Shown in pieces: positions 45,906-55,567 of a stretch of DNA of 64,000 nt. The DNA lies in the sequence record MZ444140.1; one strand, 5' to 3'. The position numbers were made by a program, and so were the translations under genes. Each line of letters begins with the position of its first letter. The stretch's first letter is position 1. Below the pieces are notes generated by a model. That model was not told where the DNA came from and did no database searches. It was given only the letters and a program-made list of their open reading frames with translations.

Positions 45906-46215
45906 TTGCTGTTTCCCTATTATTACATTTTAATATAATCAATGAGTTGATATCGTAAATAAAAGATGTAAAAATATGTTGATTTGTTATTTTAGATGAT
46001 TCTTTATCTATAATGTCTTGGACAGCATTTTGATAGAAAAAATAACTTATGCCATTGGGCATTTTATCTAATACATATCTAACCTTATAAACACCCATCC
46101 AGTGAATATAATGATTTTTTATATTAATAATGAAAGTTACACATGTTGATATAGCCGTTAGTGTTATCATTGATATAACAAATACTTTATACATTTGCAA
46201 CCCACAGATTCTCAT
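45898..46215 (-). CDS. single-pass membrane protein, tandem paralogue
   Basis: TM then VLDKMPNGISYFFY. Confidence 0.65.
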   Translation of the reverse strand: MRICGLQMYKVFVISMITLTAISTCVTFIINIKNHYIHWMGVYKVRYVLDKMPNGISYFFYQNAVQDIIDKESSKITNQHIFTSFIYDINSLIILKCNNRETANE

Positions 46216-46228
46216 CTAGATGAAATAA

Positions 46229-46248
46229 ACCAGCCCCGAAGGGCTGGT
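46229..46248 (-). terminator. intrinsic terminator
   Basis: ACCAGCCC-CGAA-GGGCTGGT. Confidence 0.8.
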
Positions 46249-46250
46249 AT

Positions 46251-46619
46251 TTATTTTACAACCACAGCTTTACCGTAGTTGTTATCCATACAGGTTTTAA
46301 ATGATGTAACGTATGCATCACGTGGGCTTTGTCTACGTGAATACACAACGTGCACCTCTTTAATTGCTGCTGGGAGAACATTGTAAAGAACGTTATCTTT
46401 GTTCTTCACGCCGTACCCTTTTAGGGATCGTAGGTTTTCTTCCCATTGTAAAATGGGTGTTTTACGCTGACGTGCTTCTGCTGTGGCATGTGCTATAAGT
46501 GCAACACCATTACAGTAATTCTCGTCAACTACCAACGATGCAGCTAGTGGGTTTGATACGTATAACAACGTACTTAATACGGCCACTAACTTCATTACGT
46601 GTGTTAAACATTGCATCAC
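46251..46619 (-). CDS. exported two-Cys helical protein
   Basis: Signal peptide ...PLAA; NYC...KTC. Confidence 0.7.
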   Translation of the reverse strand: MMQCLTHVMKLVAVLSTLLYVSNPLAASLVVDENYCNGVALIAHATAEARQRKTPILQWEENLRSLKGYGVKNKDNVLYNVLPAAIKEVHVVYSRRQSPRDAYVTSFKTCMDNNYGKAVVVK

Positions 46620-46672
46620 GTTGTACCTAGGTTGCTAAGATCAGAATATAAAGCTACTAAAATAGCCTTAAA

Positions 46673-47272
46673 TCATTCTACAACCTTAACGTTACCATCT
46701 TCAATAACTAGATCTTTACCTACAACATCGGCAAGATCTAACTTATCTTTTACTTCCAGTTTCTTGATACTGTGTACAAAACGGAATACAGATAGACGAA
46801 GAATTAGTTCTTCTGGTACATCAACAACATCAATAAAGTATTCTGATGGGTTGATATCACAATTGACATATTCCCAACTTTGTCTTAGTTCAGTTTCATT
46901 CTCAGTTACTTGTGCATCAAGAACTTCTTCAAAGTTAATATTGGCAATATTAGTATCATTATCATTCAGATAAGTAAATTGAAGACTAGCATTATTAATG
47001 AATTCTTCTTCAACTACAGTTAGTGCACGTTGAGCGTGAATGGGTAGATGATATCGAATACACCCATTAATAATAACCTCATTTGCCTTTTCAATATAAC
47101 GTTCTTCTTTGAATTTTACATTAGATACGACGTAATCTAGGATTGCCTTGTAATATTCTTTATGATCTGGGTGGCTCTTTTCAATCCACTGTCGGCTACT
47201 TACGCTAATTTTTTTCTCGGCTAGAAAATCTCGGAATTTAGCACGATCGATATAAGCGGTACGTTTTTTCAT
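46673..47272 (-). CDS. hypothetical protein
   Basis: SD AGGA. Confidence 0.75.
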   Translation of the reverse strand: MKKRTAYIDRAKFRDFLAEKKISVSSRQWIEKSHPDHKEYYKAILDYVVSNVKFKEERYIEKANEVIINGCIRYHLPIHAQRALTVVEEEFINNASLQFTYLNDNDTNIANINFEEVLDAQVTENETELRQSWEYVNCDINPSEYFIDVVDVPEELILRLSVFRFVHSIKKLEVKDKLDLADVVGKDLVIEDGNVKVVE

Positions 47273-47284
47273 CAGTAGTTCCTA

Positions 47285-47800
47285 TTATTTAACATTTCTA
47301 GGTGTTAGTTCGATATGTGAACAGATCACATAAGATGCACATGCCAGTACATCTAAACCATAATACTCATCATAATGGAAATATCCTCTGAGATTACCTT
47401 GTTTAGTAAAGGTGTATTCATCAGCTAAATCTAACTCGTTACTTGTCTCTAGCACATTGATTAATTTATCATATTCAACTTTTAGTGCTATATCAGTACA
47501 GATTATTTGCTTGATATATTTATCAGAGTTTGGATCATTTTTATAATCTAAAGTATCAGTTAATACAGTGGTTAATGCTAGAATAACATAGTCATGGTAA
47601 CTTTCCGGTTGTTTAATCTCACCTTCAGGTATTTCAATCCATTCCCAACCATGTCGTAATATATTTAGCATTACATGCCACTTACTGGTTTCATTACTAA
47701 CCACAGCTATTGGTGAATCATTATAAGGTTTATACAAACCTGTTGTTTTTAAAAGATCTTTTTTAATAGCAGCTATATATAACGGGCGGTTTTCTGACAT
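47285..47800 (-). CDS. hypothetical protein
   Basis: ORF in operon. Confidence 0.7.
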   Translation of the reverse strand: MSENRPLYIAAIKKDLLKTTGLYKPYNDSPIAVVSNETSKWHVMLNILRHGWEWIEIPEGEIKQPESYHDYVILALTTVLTDTLDYKNDPNSDKYIKQIICTDIALKVEYDKLINVLETSNELDLADEYTFTKQGNLRGYFHYDEYYGLDVLACASYVICSHIELTPRNVK

Positions 47801-47809
47801 TTTTATAAC

Positions 47810-48139
47810 TCACATATATTTCAAATGTTTGCCAATTGGTCTGTTAGGGTTATACATATAACCACGACCTGCTGCTGCCCTAATTACTAATTTCTGCATA
47901 TCTGTTAATTTTCTATAATTATCACCAATTAATTTAAGTATAATACTTTCTATAGAATCATTAGTTAATTCAGAAGGATCTGTTACTTTGAAATAATTAT
48001 ATACTAATTCTCTTTTAACTAGAAAATCAACTCTTCGTTTTTCTTTAATTCGTTTATAACGTTGCGATACATGGATAAATGAAAATAAAACAACTATCCA
48101 GAATAAGGTCAAAAGTAGGTACTCATCAACTACATTCAT
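47810..48139 (-). CDS. single-pass membrane protein
   Basis: YLLLTLFWIVVLFSF. Confidence 0.7.
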   Translation of the reverse strand: MNVVDEYLLLTLFWIVVLFSFIHVSQRYKRIKEKRRVDFLVKRELVYNYFKVTDPSELTNDSIESIILKLIGDNYRKLTDMQKLVIRAAAGRGYMYNPNRPIGKHLKYM

Positions 48140-48464
48140 TTTTAATCCCTATCTTTTTTTTCAAATTATCTTGTAACTCAACTAGTGTTCTGTTTAATAA
48201 ACTAATTTGTTTCTGTTGTTCACATACAAGTTCACTTAACGTATTAATCTGTGCCTGTAGTTCTTTAGTATTAGTATCAATAACATCAAGAATATATTCT
48301 TTATTTTTCTTAGGCATTCTTTGCTTCCTCAACGTTAATTCACCAAACGGCAGAAAAGATGACTGGGCAGCCAACACTCTTTTAGAATGTCTTTTGCCCA
48401 GTCTTTTAAATGTCTTACGAAGTTTAATTGGTATAAGCATTAAATAATATCTCTTGATGCCCAT
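48126..48464 (-). CDS. basic coiled-coil protein
   Basis: ORF overlapping neighbours. Confidence 0.6.
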   Translation of the reverse strand: MGIKRYYLMLIPIKLRKTFKRLGKRHSKRVLAAQSSFLPFGELTLRKQRMPKKNKEYILDVIDTNTKELQAQINTLSELVCEQQKQISLLNRTLVELQDNLKKKIGIKNECS

Positions 48465-48874
48465 GTACCATCTACAGAGTCATTTACAAATGGTGCACGG
48501 TCACCAGGTATTACTTGAGCCCATAAATCCACCTCAAGTAATATCCGACGACATGCATAAAAAGGCTCTACTTCTACCCTGTATGAATTATCTTTAGGAT
48601 CAATATACACAGTAGCAACTAGCTTAGGCTGGGCTCTTCGCCATTTATCCCATACTTTAAGAATTACTTCGCCTTCCATTCTGGCTATACGTGGAGTTAT
48701 CTTTACCTCACTAATGATTAGCCCATCTGGACCTACCACTCGTTTAGGGGATAGCCATTTATGATAACCAATATCATTAATCCCATTCTTTGAAAATACC
48801 GAGTCTTCAAGATATCCTCTCACACCAGGGTATAACGGAACCATTGTAAGCATATGACACCTATAGTGATCCAT
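48440..48874 (-). CDS. hypothetical protein
   Basis: ORF in operon. Confidence 0.7.
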   Translation of the reverse strand: MDHYRCHMLTMVPLYPGVRGYLEDSVFSKNGINDIGYHKWLSPKRVVGPDGLIISEVKITPRIARMEGEVILKVWDKWRRAQPKLVATVYIDPKDNSYRVEVEPFYACRRILLEVDLWAQVIPGDRAPFVNDSVDGTWASRDII

Positions 48875-49259
48875 TGGATGCCCATAAAACTGAATAAGGA
48901 TTTTGAGTTAATTGGAATCTAATTGCAAAGTTTTCGATTTCCCAAAAACGATCAGTCTTATTCCACTCTAATTCCTTTTTCGCCAGATCAACATTAATTG
49001 TTGATATAATACGATTACGCTCTTCTTCAAATACAGTAAACCTGACGATTGCTGGAAATAAGCAATCTCTTTCTTTATAAAAGTTTAGAGTATTCTTATC
49101 GATATAACCTGGTCCTGGAATAATTTCAAGGATATTAAAATCAGTCCATCCTAAGTCTGGTGTACCTAGATCAGGTAAATGTTTTAAAACCCCATTGCGT
49201 ATAAAGGGTTTTCCATATTCTAGTGTGACCTCATGAAAAGAAGAACCATAGATTTTCAT
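48861..49259 (-). CDS. hypothetical protein
   Basis: ORF in operon. Confidence 0.7.
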   Translation of the reverse strand: MKIYGSSFHEVTLEYGKPFIRNGVLKHLPDLGTPDLGWTDFNILEIIPGPGYIDKNTLNFYKERDCLFPAIVRFTVFEEERNRIISTINVDLAKKELEWNKTDRFWEIENFAIRFQLTQNPYSVLWASNGSL

Positions 49260-49419
49260 ACAACCACCGTGCGTTTTAATTCATAGGGTTAGTATGTTTA
49301 GTACCGTTTGAATTTTATTTCATTACAGATGATCGCTTTGTTATATTTGGTGTTTGAATATTTTAGACTAGTTTCAATAAATGCTTTCTTTTTCATATAT
49401 ACACTTACGCAAAATAAAT

Positions 49420-49442
49420 AGGGACTCTTAATGAGAGTCCCT
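49420..49442 (-). terminator. intrinsic terminator
   Basis: AGGGACTCT-TAATG-AGAGTCCCT. Confidence 0.75.
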
Positions 49443-49447
49443 TAATG

Positions 49448-49780
49448 TTAAACGAATAATAACTCCAGTACTAATACTGGAAATTTATGCCGATATTGTG
49501 GATGTACATACGTATGAAATTTATGTGTGCCTAAATGGAATTCAACGTACAGTACAATAAAATCTTTAGCTACATTTCGATCATGTACGTAAATAGTGAG
49601 TATTTCACCATCATCATCTTTCTTACGTCCATAATCAAAATAGTAATTTTTGTTATCAGCTATCCCTTCAGCATTTAATTGAATGCCCCTTACATCAACA
49701 ACATTTAAACTAGAATCTTCATTAAATAAAGATCTAGTGCTACCATGGTAAACCATTAATGGATCTAATTGAATCTGCAT
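49448..49780 (-). CDS. hypothetical protein
   Basis: SD GAGGA. Confidence 0.7.
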   Translation of the reverse strand: MQIQLDPLMVYHGSTRSLFNEDSSLNVVDVRGIQLNAEGIADNKNYYFDYGRKKDDDGEILTIYVHDRNVAKDFIVLYVEFHLGTHKFHTYVHPQYRHKFPVLVLELLFV

Positions 49781-49848
49781 GTGTTAGTCCTCTACTATGT
49801 AGTGAGGCACATGCCTCACTTATATTGTTTTAATTTTCATATTAATGA

Positions 49849-50196
49849 TCAATTAAAGTTAACAGTGCTATAAGCTTTACCTAATGCTGTAAATAGTTCT
49901 TCATTAAGTTCATCAAATTCTAACCAACCATTCATTTCACCTAAGATAGTTTTAACAATCGTAAGATTAACAATCTCAGAGCTAGGAATGATATCTCGAA
50001 TTCTCTCATGGAAATTAACTACTTGCTGAATACTTACTTTAGTATCATTGACTGAGATATCATCATCAGTTAACTTATTAATAGCCATCATCGCTATACG
50101 TGAGAATAGATCAGTATGTTCTTCCTTAACAATTTCCCATGCTGCATTAAAGGAGTCAAGAACATCTAGATCATCAGAATTTAGTTGCTTTTGCAT
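49849..50196 (-). CDS. hypothetical acidic helical protein
   Basis: SD GAGG. Confidence 0.7.
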   Translation of the reverse strand: MQKQLNSDDLDVLDSFNAAWEIVKEEHTDLFSRIAMMAINKLTDDDISVNDTKVSIQQVVNFHERIRDIIPSSEIVNLTIVKTILGEMNGWLEFDELNEELFTALGKAYSTVNFN

Positions 50197-50298
50197 TTTA
50201 ACCTCTTAAACATTATAACACATATACCCCACAACATAAGTCATGGAGTATATGCCTCGAAAGGTACGTAATAGAAATACTACTACATAGTATTGTAT

Positions 50299-50769
50299 TT
50301 ACTCGTTAATAACAGATACTTTGTTATTCTCAGCTTTATTTTTAGCCGATAGAGCTAAATAGAGACAACTATACCAAGTGAAGTAGTCTCTTGGGAAATA
50401 GCCCTTTAAAAAAGTAGCCATATTTTTAGCACACGCTTTATTAATATTCTTATTAATGATTTTCCTCTCATTCATTATTTTACAAGCTAACAATGAATAA
50501 TGTAGTTGATTATTAGTACTTAGGTCTTCAAGGAATAGTTCTTTCACTGCTTGTGGCTTAGAACTTAGACACATTATAATTTCTTGAACAATATAGTCAT
50601 TCGTCACTGAATGAATGAGTTCAAGATAGAGTGAAAGATTAATCGAATACAGATCTTGTTTATTATTGAAAATGTATCCATTTCTATCTAATGTAACTAA
50701 TTTCTTATATGTGGGAGACATCTTTTCATTAACTATTTTATAAAAAAGACTAATCACTAATTTAATCAT
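50299..50769 (-). CDS. hypothetical protein
   Basis: ATGA overlap. Confidence 0.65.
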   Translation of the reverse strand: MIKLVISLFYKIVNEKMSPTYKKLVTLDRNGYIFNNKQDLYSINLSLYLELIHSVTNDYIVQEIIMCLSSKPQAVKELFLEDLSTNNQLHYSLLACKIMNERKIINKNINKACAKNMATFLKGYFPRDYFTWYSCLYLALSAKNKAENNKVSVINE

Positions 50770-51899
50770 TTTAATAAACTTCCATCTACTCTATAAAAAC
50801 CATGGACATCACGTTTACCATTTAGACTAGGTATCTCATATGGATCAGTTGATGGATTTATCAGTTTGATTTTGCATTTATCTAAACGATCACGCAAGCT
50901 GATATTACCAGATAATGTTAAACCACGATACTGAATATCGATATTATCTAAATCAACAATGAGCGTACTAAGCTCCCCATTTGTTAAGTATGGTACCACA
51001 ACCGAGTCAATTACTTTTGCAATTGTCTTAGCTTCAATATGTATCCAGTTTCCAATATGATTAGCAATCTCTGGAAACTTATCTAGATTTAATGTGATGC
51101 TATAGTCACACCTAATTTTGATAATTCCATTACTTGACCAATAATGCATTGCACTATTGATGCCACCTAGATGATTCTCCATAGGTGTGAACTTTAGCCG
51201 TCCATTGAAATCTATAAGCACTTTTGAGTTATCACACGCATCAACTATTCTTGACCGATACATAAACATATTAAGTAGTTTTCTATTGATGGCCACAGTT
51301 GTACCATTAGTTAGTTCAACTACGACGATATCACCATCTGCTTCATAAGACTCTACAATTAGAGTTATTGGGTTACTATCAAATTTGGAATTATCAGATA
51401 ACCCATCCATCACAATCTTGTAATTACTATTAACTGATTTAACTTGATCTATTAAAGATGGATCAATGAAATCCTTAGTGAGTGATTTTGATGTGAAAAT
51501 TACAGCCACATTTAGATCACTATTGATTGGTGTATTTACAGGTATGTATTGTTCATTAGAGAAATAGAATAATTTAAGATCTTTTATATCAGTTAGATTA
51601 ATAATATCTAATGAATTATTAGTTACTTTATACATGAATGAATCAAAATTTTGTTCAACAAAATAAATCATCCATGTCTTAGTTTCTTTGGTATAATAAC
51701 CCCATGCTAAACTTCGATCATGTAATTTACCAGATAGCATTCCTGTGAAGTAACCTGACAAAATATCAATTTTATCAACATCTACATTTTCTCTGATGTA
51801 TTTATCATTTAGATTAGCTATCTTTTGTTCTAATGTATCTACCTTTTTTGGTTTGTTAAAAAATATCAATAACATTTTTAAGTACTTAAACATAATCAT
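50766..51899 (-). CDS. hypothetical protein, 377 aa
   Basis: Long ORF. Confidence 0.8.
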   Translation of the reverse strand: MIMFKYLKMLLIFFNKPKKVDTLEQKIANLNDKYIRENVDVDKIDILSGYFTGMLSGKLHDRSLAWGYYTKETKTWMIYFVEQNFDSFMYKVTNNSLDIINLTDIKDLKLFYFSNEQYIPVNTPINSDLNVAVIFTSKSLTKDFIDPSLIDQVKSVNSNYKIVMDGLSDNSKFDSNPITLIVESYEADGDIVVVELTNGTTVAINRKLLNMFMYRSRIVDACDNSKVLIDFNGRLKFTPMENHLGGINSAMHYWSSNGIIKIRCDYSITLNLDKFPEIANHIGNWIHIEAKTIAKVIDSVVVPYLTNGELSTLIVDLDNIDIQYRGLTLSGNISLRDRLDKCKIKLINPSTDPYEIPSLNGKRDVHGFYRVDGSLLK

Positions 51900-51930
51900 A
51901 AATTACCTTTTGAGTATAAACACGGAATAA

Positions 51931-51950
51931 AAGCGGTGTACACACCGCTT
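51931..51950 (-). terminator. intrinsic terminator
   Basis: AAGCGGTGT-AC-ACACCGCTT. Confidence 0.7.
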
Positions 51951-52248
51951 ATTGTTCAAATTTGATTTTGATATATCCACCACCAACATTAGGCTGCTTA
52001 GGTCTTAGCCATCCTAGATTAAGATCCATATTCAAAACAAACGTATATGCTGTTACTCCATTTTCATCATCAACACTAATGGAGTGCCATCCATCATGAT
52101 TTTGATCTTTAAGAGAATGGATTTTGGGATATAGTTGATTATGATTCAAATCAAATACTGTAACATCTCCAATTGATCTAATTGGATAACCGCGAGATCC
52201 TAAATGATGGGCTCCTCTGCGGTCCAGTGAAATAATAGCTTCGTTCAC
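51949..52248 (-). CDS. hypothetical protein
   Basis: SD GAGG; first gene after repeat copy 2. Confidence 0.7.
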   Translation of the reverse strand: MNEAIISLDRRGAHHLGSRGYPIRSIGDVTVFDLNHNQLYPKIHSLKDQNHDGWHSISVDDENGVTAYTFVLNMDLNLGWLRPKQPNVGGGYIKIKFEQ

Positions 52249-52298
52249 GATAATTACCTCATGTAGATGTTTCCATTAGTATATGCTAATCTATAATG

Positions 52299-52346
52299 TA
52301 GATCTCAAATAAAATTTAGTGCAATAGCCCTCCCCGAAGGGAGGGC
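52299..52346. repeat. 48-bp exact repeat, copy 2
   Basis: Identical to 37638-37685; adjacent promoter core is the variant TACATTAT. Confidence 0.9.
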
Positions 52347-52358
52347 TTTATGACAACA

Positions 52359-52589
52359 TTACCGCTTACTCATTATCGCAGCTAGTTCAACTTTAAATAA
52401 TGCTTCTTCGACTTTACGAGAAATAGCATTTATTTGAACACGTTTATTATTTTCACGATCTAATGCAATTGTATTTTTTCGTGTACAATAATCGTGTAAA
52501 CCCAGTTGTCGCCTAACATAGAAAATAACAATTAATTTCAAAACACGAATATATCTCATAACGCGCTTGAACATTTTATAAATCCTCAA
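52359..52589 (-). CDS. basic hypothetical protein
   Basis: ORF in operon. Confidence 0.6.
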   Translation of the reverse strand: MRIYKMFKRVMRYIRVLKLIVIFYVRRQLGLHDYCTRKNTIALDRENNKRVQINAISRKVEEALFKVELAAIMSKR

Positions 52590-52593
52590 TAAT

Positions 52594-52785
52594 TTAAGGA
52601 ATTGCTTTTAAAGCTTCTTCGCGTTCAGCTAAAAGCTTATCATATTGTATTTGTAATCGGTTAATTTCCGCACGAGTTAATTTTGTCTTAGCATTAGGTT
52701 TCAACTTATGGTTAATATCAACGGTAATACCATGGTACCTAAATAGAGCTTCCATTTTGGCTATTTTCTTTTCAATATCATCCAT
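52594..52785 (-). CDS. hypothetical protein
   Basis: ORF in operon. Confidence 0.65.
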   Translation of the reverse strand: MDDIEKKIAKMEALFRYHGITVDINHKLKPNAKTKLTRAEINRLQIQYDKLLAEREEALKAIP

Positions 52786-52816
52786 AGCTAAAATCCAAAA
52801 AAAATAATAATGACTA

Positions 52817-52836
52817 AGGGGACCAGAAGGTCCCCT
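52817..52836 (-). terminator. hairpin terminator
   Basis: AGGGGACC-AGAA-GGTCCCCT. Confidence 0.7.
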
Positions 52837-52842
52837 ATATCG

Positions 52843-53319
52843 TTAGGCAGTAATAGCGCGGCGGAAGACTGAATCAAACTCTTCCTGGTATGCTTTAATC
52901 AGCTTTGCAGTTTCTTCACAAATGATATTATTACCATAAAATGCATCTGCAAAAGATTCTTGCTTACGTACTTCACAACCGAATAGCTCAAGACCATTTT
53001 TTGCTAGCTCAACTTTGAACTTAGCTAATTCGGTCATACCAATTGGTTTGGCCCGCCCTTCTTCGATACCATTTTCTTTTAGTTTAATATTATCACATAC
53101 ACTGCAATGACGAACATCTTTTTGTTTGTTCTTACGGAAGTTAGGACTTGATTTAGTTTGTTTTGCAGCAATGTCCATAAAGGTTTCCCTAGAATTTTTA
53201 CGAACCGCAGCTTCATGATTCTTTTTAGCTCGATTTTTCTGTTTCTTCTGAACCGGCTTCGGCTGTACACCCAGCATTGAACCAAGTTCACTCCAGGAAG
53301 AAATAGTATTGCGTGACAT
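52843..53319 (-). CDS. basic protein with Cys motif (possible Zn binder)
   Basis: HCSVCD plus two distal Cys; SD AGGAG. Confidence 0.7.
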   Translation of the reverse strand: MSRNTISSWSELGSMLGVQPKPVQKKQKNRAKKNHEAAVRKNSRETFMDIAAKQTKSSPNFRKNKQKDVRHCSVCDNIKLKENGIEEGRAKPIGMTELAKFKVELAKNGLELFGCEVRKQESFADAFYGNNIICEETAKLIKAYQEEFDSVFRRAITA

Positions 53320-53358
53320 GTATTAGAATCTCCTATATATGTTGATTATATCACATTT

Positions 53359-53366
53359 GTGATATA
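53359..53366 (-). promoter_or_regulatory. early promoter (variant TATATCAC)
   Basis: Minus ...TTCAAAGCATTTTAAACAGTATATCACA, nearly identical to 28212. Confidence 0.75.
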
Positions 53367-53409
53367 CTGTTTAAAATGCTTTGAATGTATAAACCACTAT
53401 GTTGGTCAA

Positions 53410-53646
53410 TCATAGATAGAATGGTTCATGAATAACAACCCGATAACGAGTGTTATATTGGTTAATTGGAAACATATGAACAATCTTAAAATGCAGTTCA
53501 GCAACCAAATTAAAGAATTCAGCATGCATGTTATCAGTTGAAATATCAAATGAGATTGTATCATTAACTGCACAAAGTTCTGAATCAGATGCCTTTGTAA
53601 TTTCAGTTAGCCGACTGACAAACTTTTCTTGGTTAGGACTAAGCAT
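53410..53646 (-). CDS. hypothetical protein
   Basis: ORF following dcd. Confidence 0.65.
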   Translation of the reverse strand: MLSPNQEKFVSRLTEITKASDSELCAVNDTISFDISTDNMHAEFFNLVAELHFKIVHMFPINQYNTRYRVVIHEPFYL

Positions 53647-53648
53647 TA

Positions 53649-54218
53649 TTAAAGTCTCGCTGTTGTGATACCAATTTGATTTTGATATTTACCATTACGT
53701 TTTGCATAACTAACTTCACATGGGGCATCACCTCTAAAGAACATAAACTGAGCAATACCCATATCAGCATAAATTTTTAGAGGTAGTGTAGTGCAGTTTG
53801 CAATCTCAATAACGACTTGTCCTTTGAAACCTGGTTCAATAGGAGTGACATTAACAATTGCACCTAGTCGTGCATAGGTTGATTTACCTGTGCAAATAGC
53901 TAGGACATCATCTGGAATATTAAACGATTCTACAGTATGACCAAGAATATAACTGTTAGGTGGAATAATACAATAATCACCAGTCCAATCTACTAAGAAT
54001 CCATCACTAGGGTCTAATGGGTCAATAACTGCACTTGTTACATTAGAAAAGATCTTAAAATTACGGGCTAGCCTTACATCGTACCCATATGAACTAAGCC
54101 CATAACTAATAATCTTTTTACCATCTTTTTCACGGACCTGGTGACCAATGAAATCCGTAATCATTGGTTCACGACCTTTAGATAAGTCAGTGATTGTTTT
54201 ATCAGATAGAATAGCCAT
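53649..54218 (-). CDS. dcd: dCTP deaminase
   Basis: ILSD..I, SYGLSSYGYDVRL, GKSTYARLG..VNVTP.EPGF.G...EIAN, KYQNQ.GIT. Confidence 0.95.
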   Translation of the reverse strand: MAILSDKTITDLSKGREPMITDFIGHQVREKDGKKIISYGLSSYGYDVRLARNFKIFSNVTSAVIDPLDPSDGFLVDWTGDYCIIPPNSYILGHTVESFNIPDDVLAICTGKSTYARLGAIVNVTPIEPGFKGQVVIEIANCTTLPLKIYADMGIAQFMFFRGDAPCEVSYAKRNGKYQNQIGITTARL

Positions 54219-54241
54219 TTTTAACTTTTCCTGTTAAGTAA

Positions 54242-54826
54242 TCATCCCCAGAATCGGGCGATGAAGTGAACACACTCCATCTTTTTAGTTTCTTCCAGGA
54301 ACTTGAAATAACCATCATCCACACCATTGCTCAAAAATAGCTGGCGATAGGTTTTTTCCGAAATGACTTCACCATTAACATCTTGATCGAACATCGTTGG
54401 CTTCTGATCATAATCGAAGTTCCAGAGGTCTTCCATATTGAAGATCATTGTAAGTGGGTACCAACCATCTTCACTATAATAGGCGTACGGTGTTAGATTG
54501 TCCTGTTTGGAATTGACAATTTGTGAAAGGCGACCTTCAAAGTTGTTCCATACTGGATGCGAGTCATCACTGACGAGTGTACCAAATCCACAGCCTTTAA
54601 GAGTCGGTCGACAGAATCGGTTGGTATACTCATTATTATCGGTTAACCAATCCCAAAGATAATAGCAACGGCTAAAGTTAAGAGCCTCGCATGTATGCAT
54701 GTCAATGAATTTAAGTACACGTGCACCATCTGAAGAACGTGTGGAACGTTTGGTAACTACAGGGAAAACATCAATACCCATTTTAATCATCCATTTAACA
54801 GAATTTTTCTTGACCAGGGATTTCAC
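54242..54826 (-). CDS. hypothetical protein
   Basis: ORF; GTG/ATG start uncertain. Confidence 0.65.
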   Translation of the reverse strand: MKSLVKKNSVKWMIKMGIDVFPVVTKRSTRSSDGARVLKFIDMHTCEALNFSRCYYLWDWLTDNNEYTNRFCRPTLKGCGFGTLVSDDSHPVWNNFEGRLSQIVNSKQDNLTPYAYYSEDGWYPLTMIFNMEDLWNFDYDQKPTMFDQDVNGEVISEKTYRQLFLSNGVDDGYFKFLEETKKMECVHFIARFWG

Positions 54827-55139
54827 CGTCCATAACCTCTAGTACCCAACGGCCAGTCATCAACTCACGTGCAACATCACATGCCGCCCCGCCAATCTTC
54901 TCAGCTACTTTGTCCAGCAGAATTGGATGATAGTTGTGATCACCCATTACTGCGAACTTGCTTTCCCGTTCTATTTCAGCAAGTAAATCAGTGTCAACCC
55001 ATTCAACACGCCCATCTGGATAGACAATATTAAGACCATACCACTTACAATAGTTTTCGATGGTTACAACTGGAATGTCATAAACACCTTTAAAACACAG
55101 CGGTAACTTACGATCTGAGTAATGAATACGTTCAGTCAT
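54795..55139 (-). CDS. hypothetical protein
   Basis: ATGA overlap. Confidence 0.7.
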   Translation of the reverse strand: MTERIHYSDRKLPLCFKGVYDIPVVTIENYCKWYGLNIVYPDGRVEWVDTDLLAEIERESKFAVMGDHNYHPILLDKVAEKIGGAACDVARELMTGRWVLEVMDGEIPGQEKFC

Positions 55140-55555
55140 TTGCCATTCACCAATTCAAAATAATTTTTTAGTAGATCTTCAGTTATTGGACGAGTATGTT
55201 CTTTAATCGATAATTCCTTACTGTCCATTTCAATTTCATATTCAGAAATTTGAAATTGCTTATGTGGCACTGAACCATCTAACATAATGATCACATCTGC
55301 TAAGACTTGATCCACTGCACATTGCAACAAATTATTAACTTGTTGATTATCAGTAAGTGAGTAATCATTGATGGCTTTATTACGAATGTCATATAGCCTT
55401 TTACTTAAAGGAGTATTACGTTCAATATGTTCTGTTCGCCACTCTTCTAAAATCTGTTCTGTACTTAGTTTGGATAATGACGATCCGCCAAGTTTCTTCC
55501 TAACTTCATTTTCTGAAAATGGTTTATCATGCCAGAATTGATGATCTTGTTTCAT
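55136..55555 (-). CDS. hypothetical protein, distant member of the 28730/29149 family
   Basis: AVDQVLADVIIMLDGS..F.I. Confidence 0.65.
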   Translation of the reverse strand: MKQDHQFWHDKPFSENEVRKKLGGSSLSKLSTEQILEEWRTEHIERNTPLSKRLYDIRNKAINDYSLTDNQQVNNLLQCAVDQVLADVIIMLDGSVPHKQFQISEYEIEMDSKELSIKEHTRPITEDLLKNYFELVNGK

Positions 55556-55567
55556 AGTGAATCCTTT

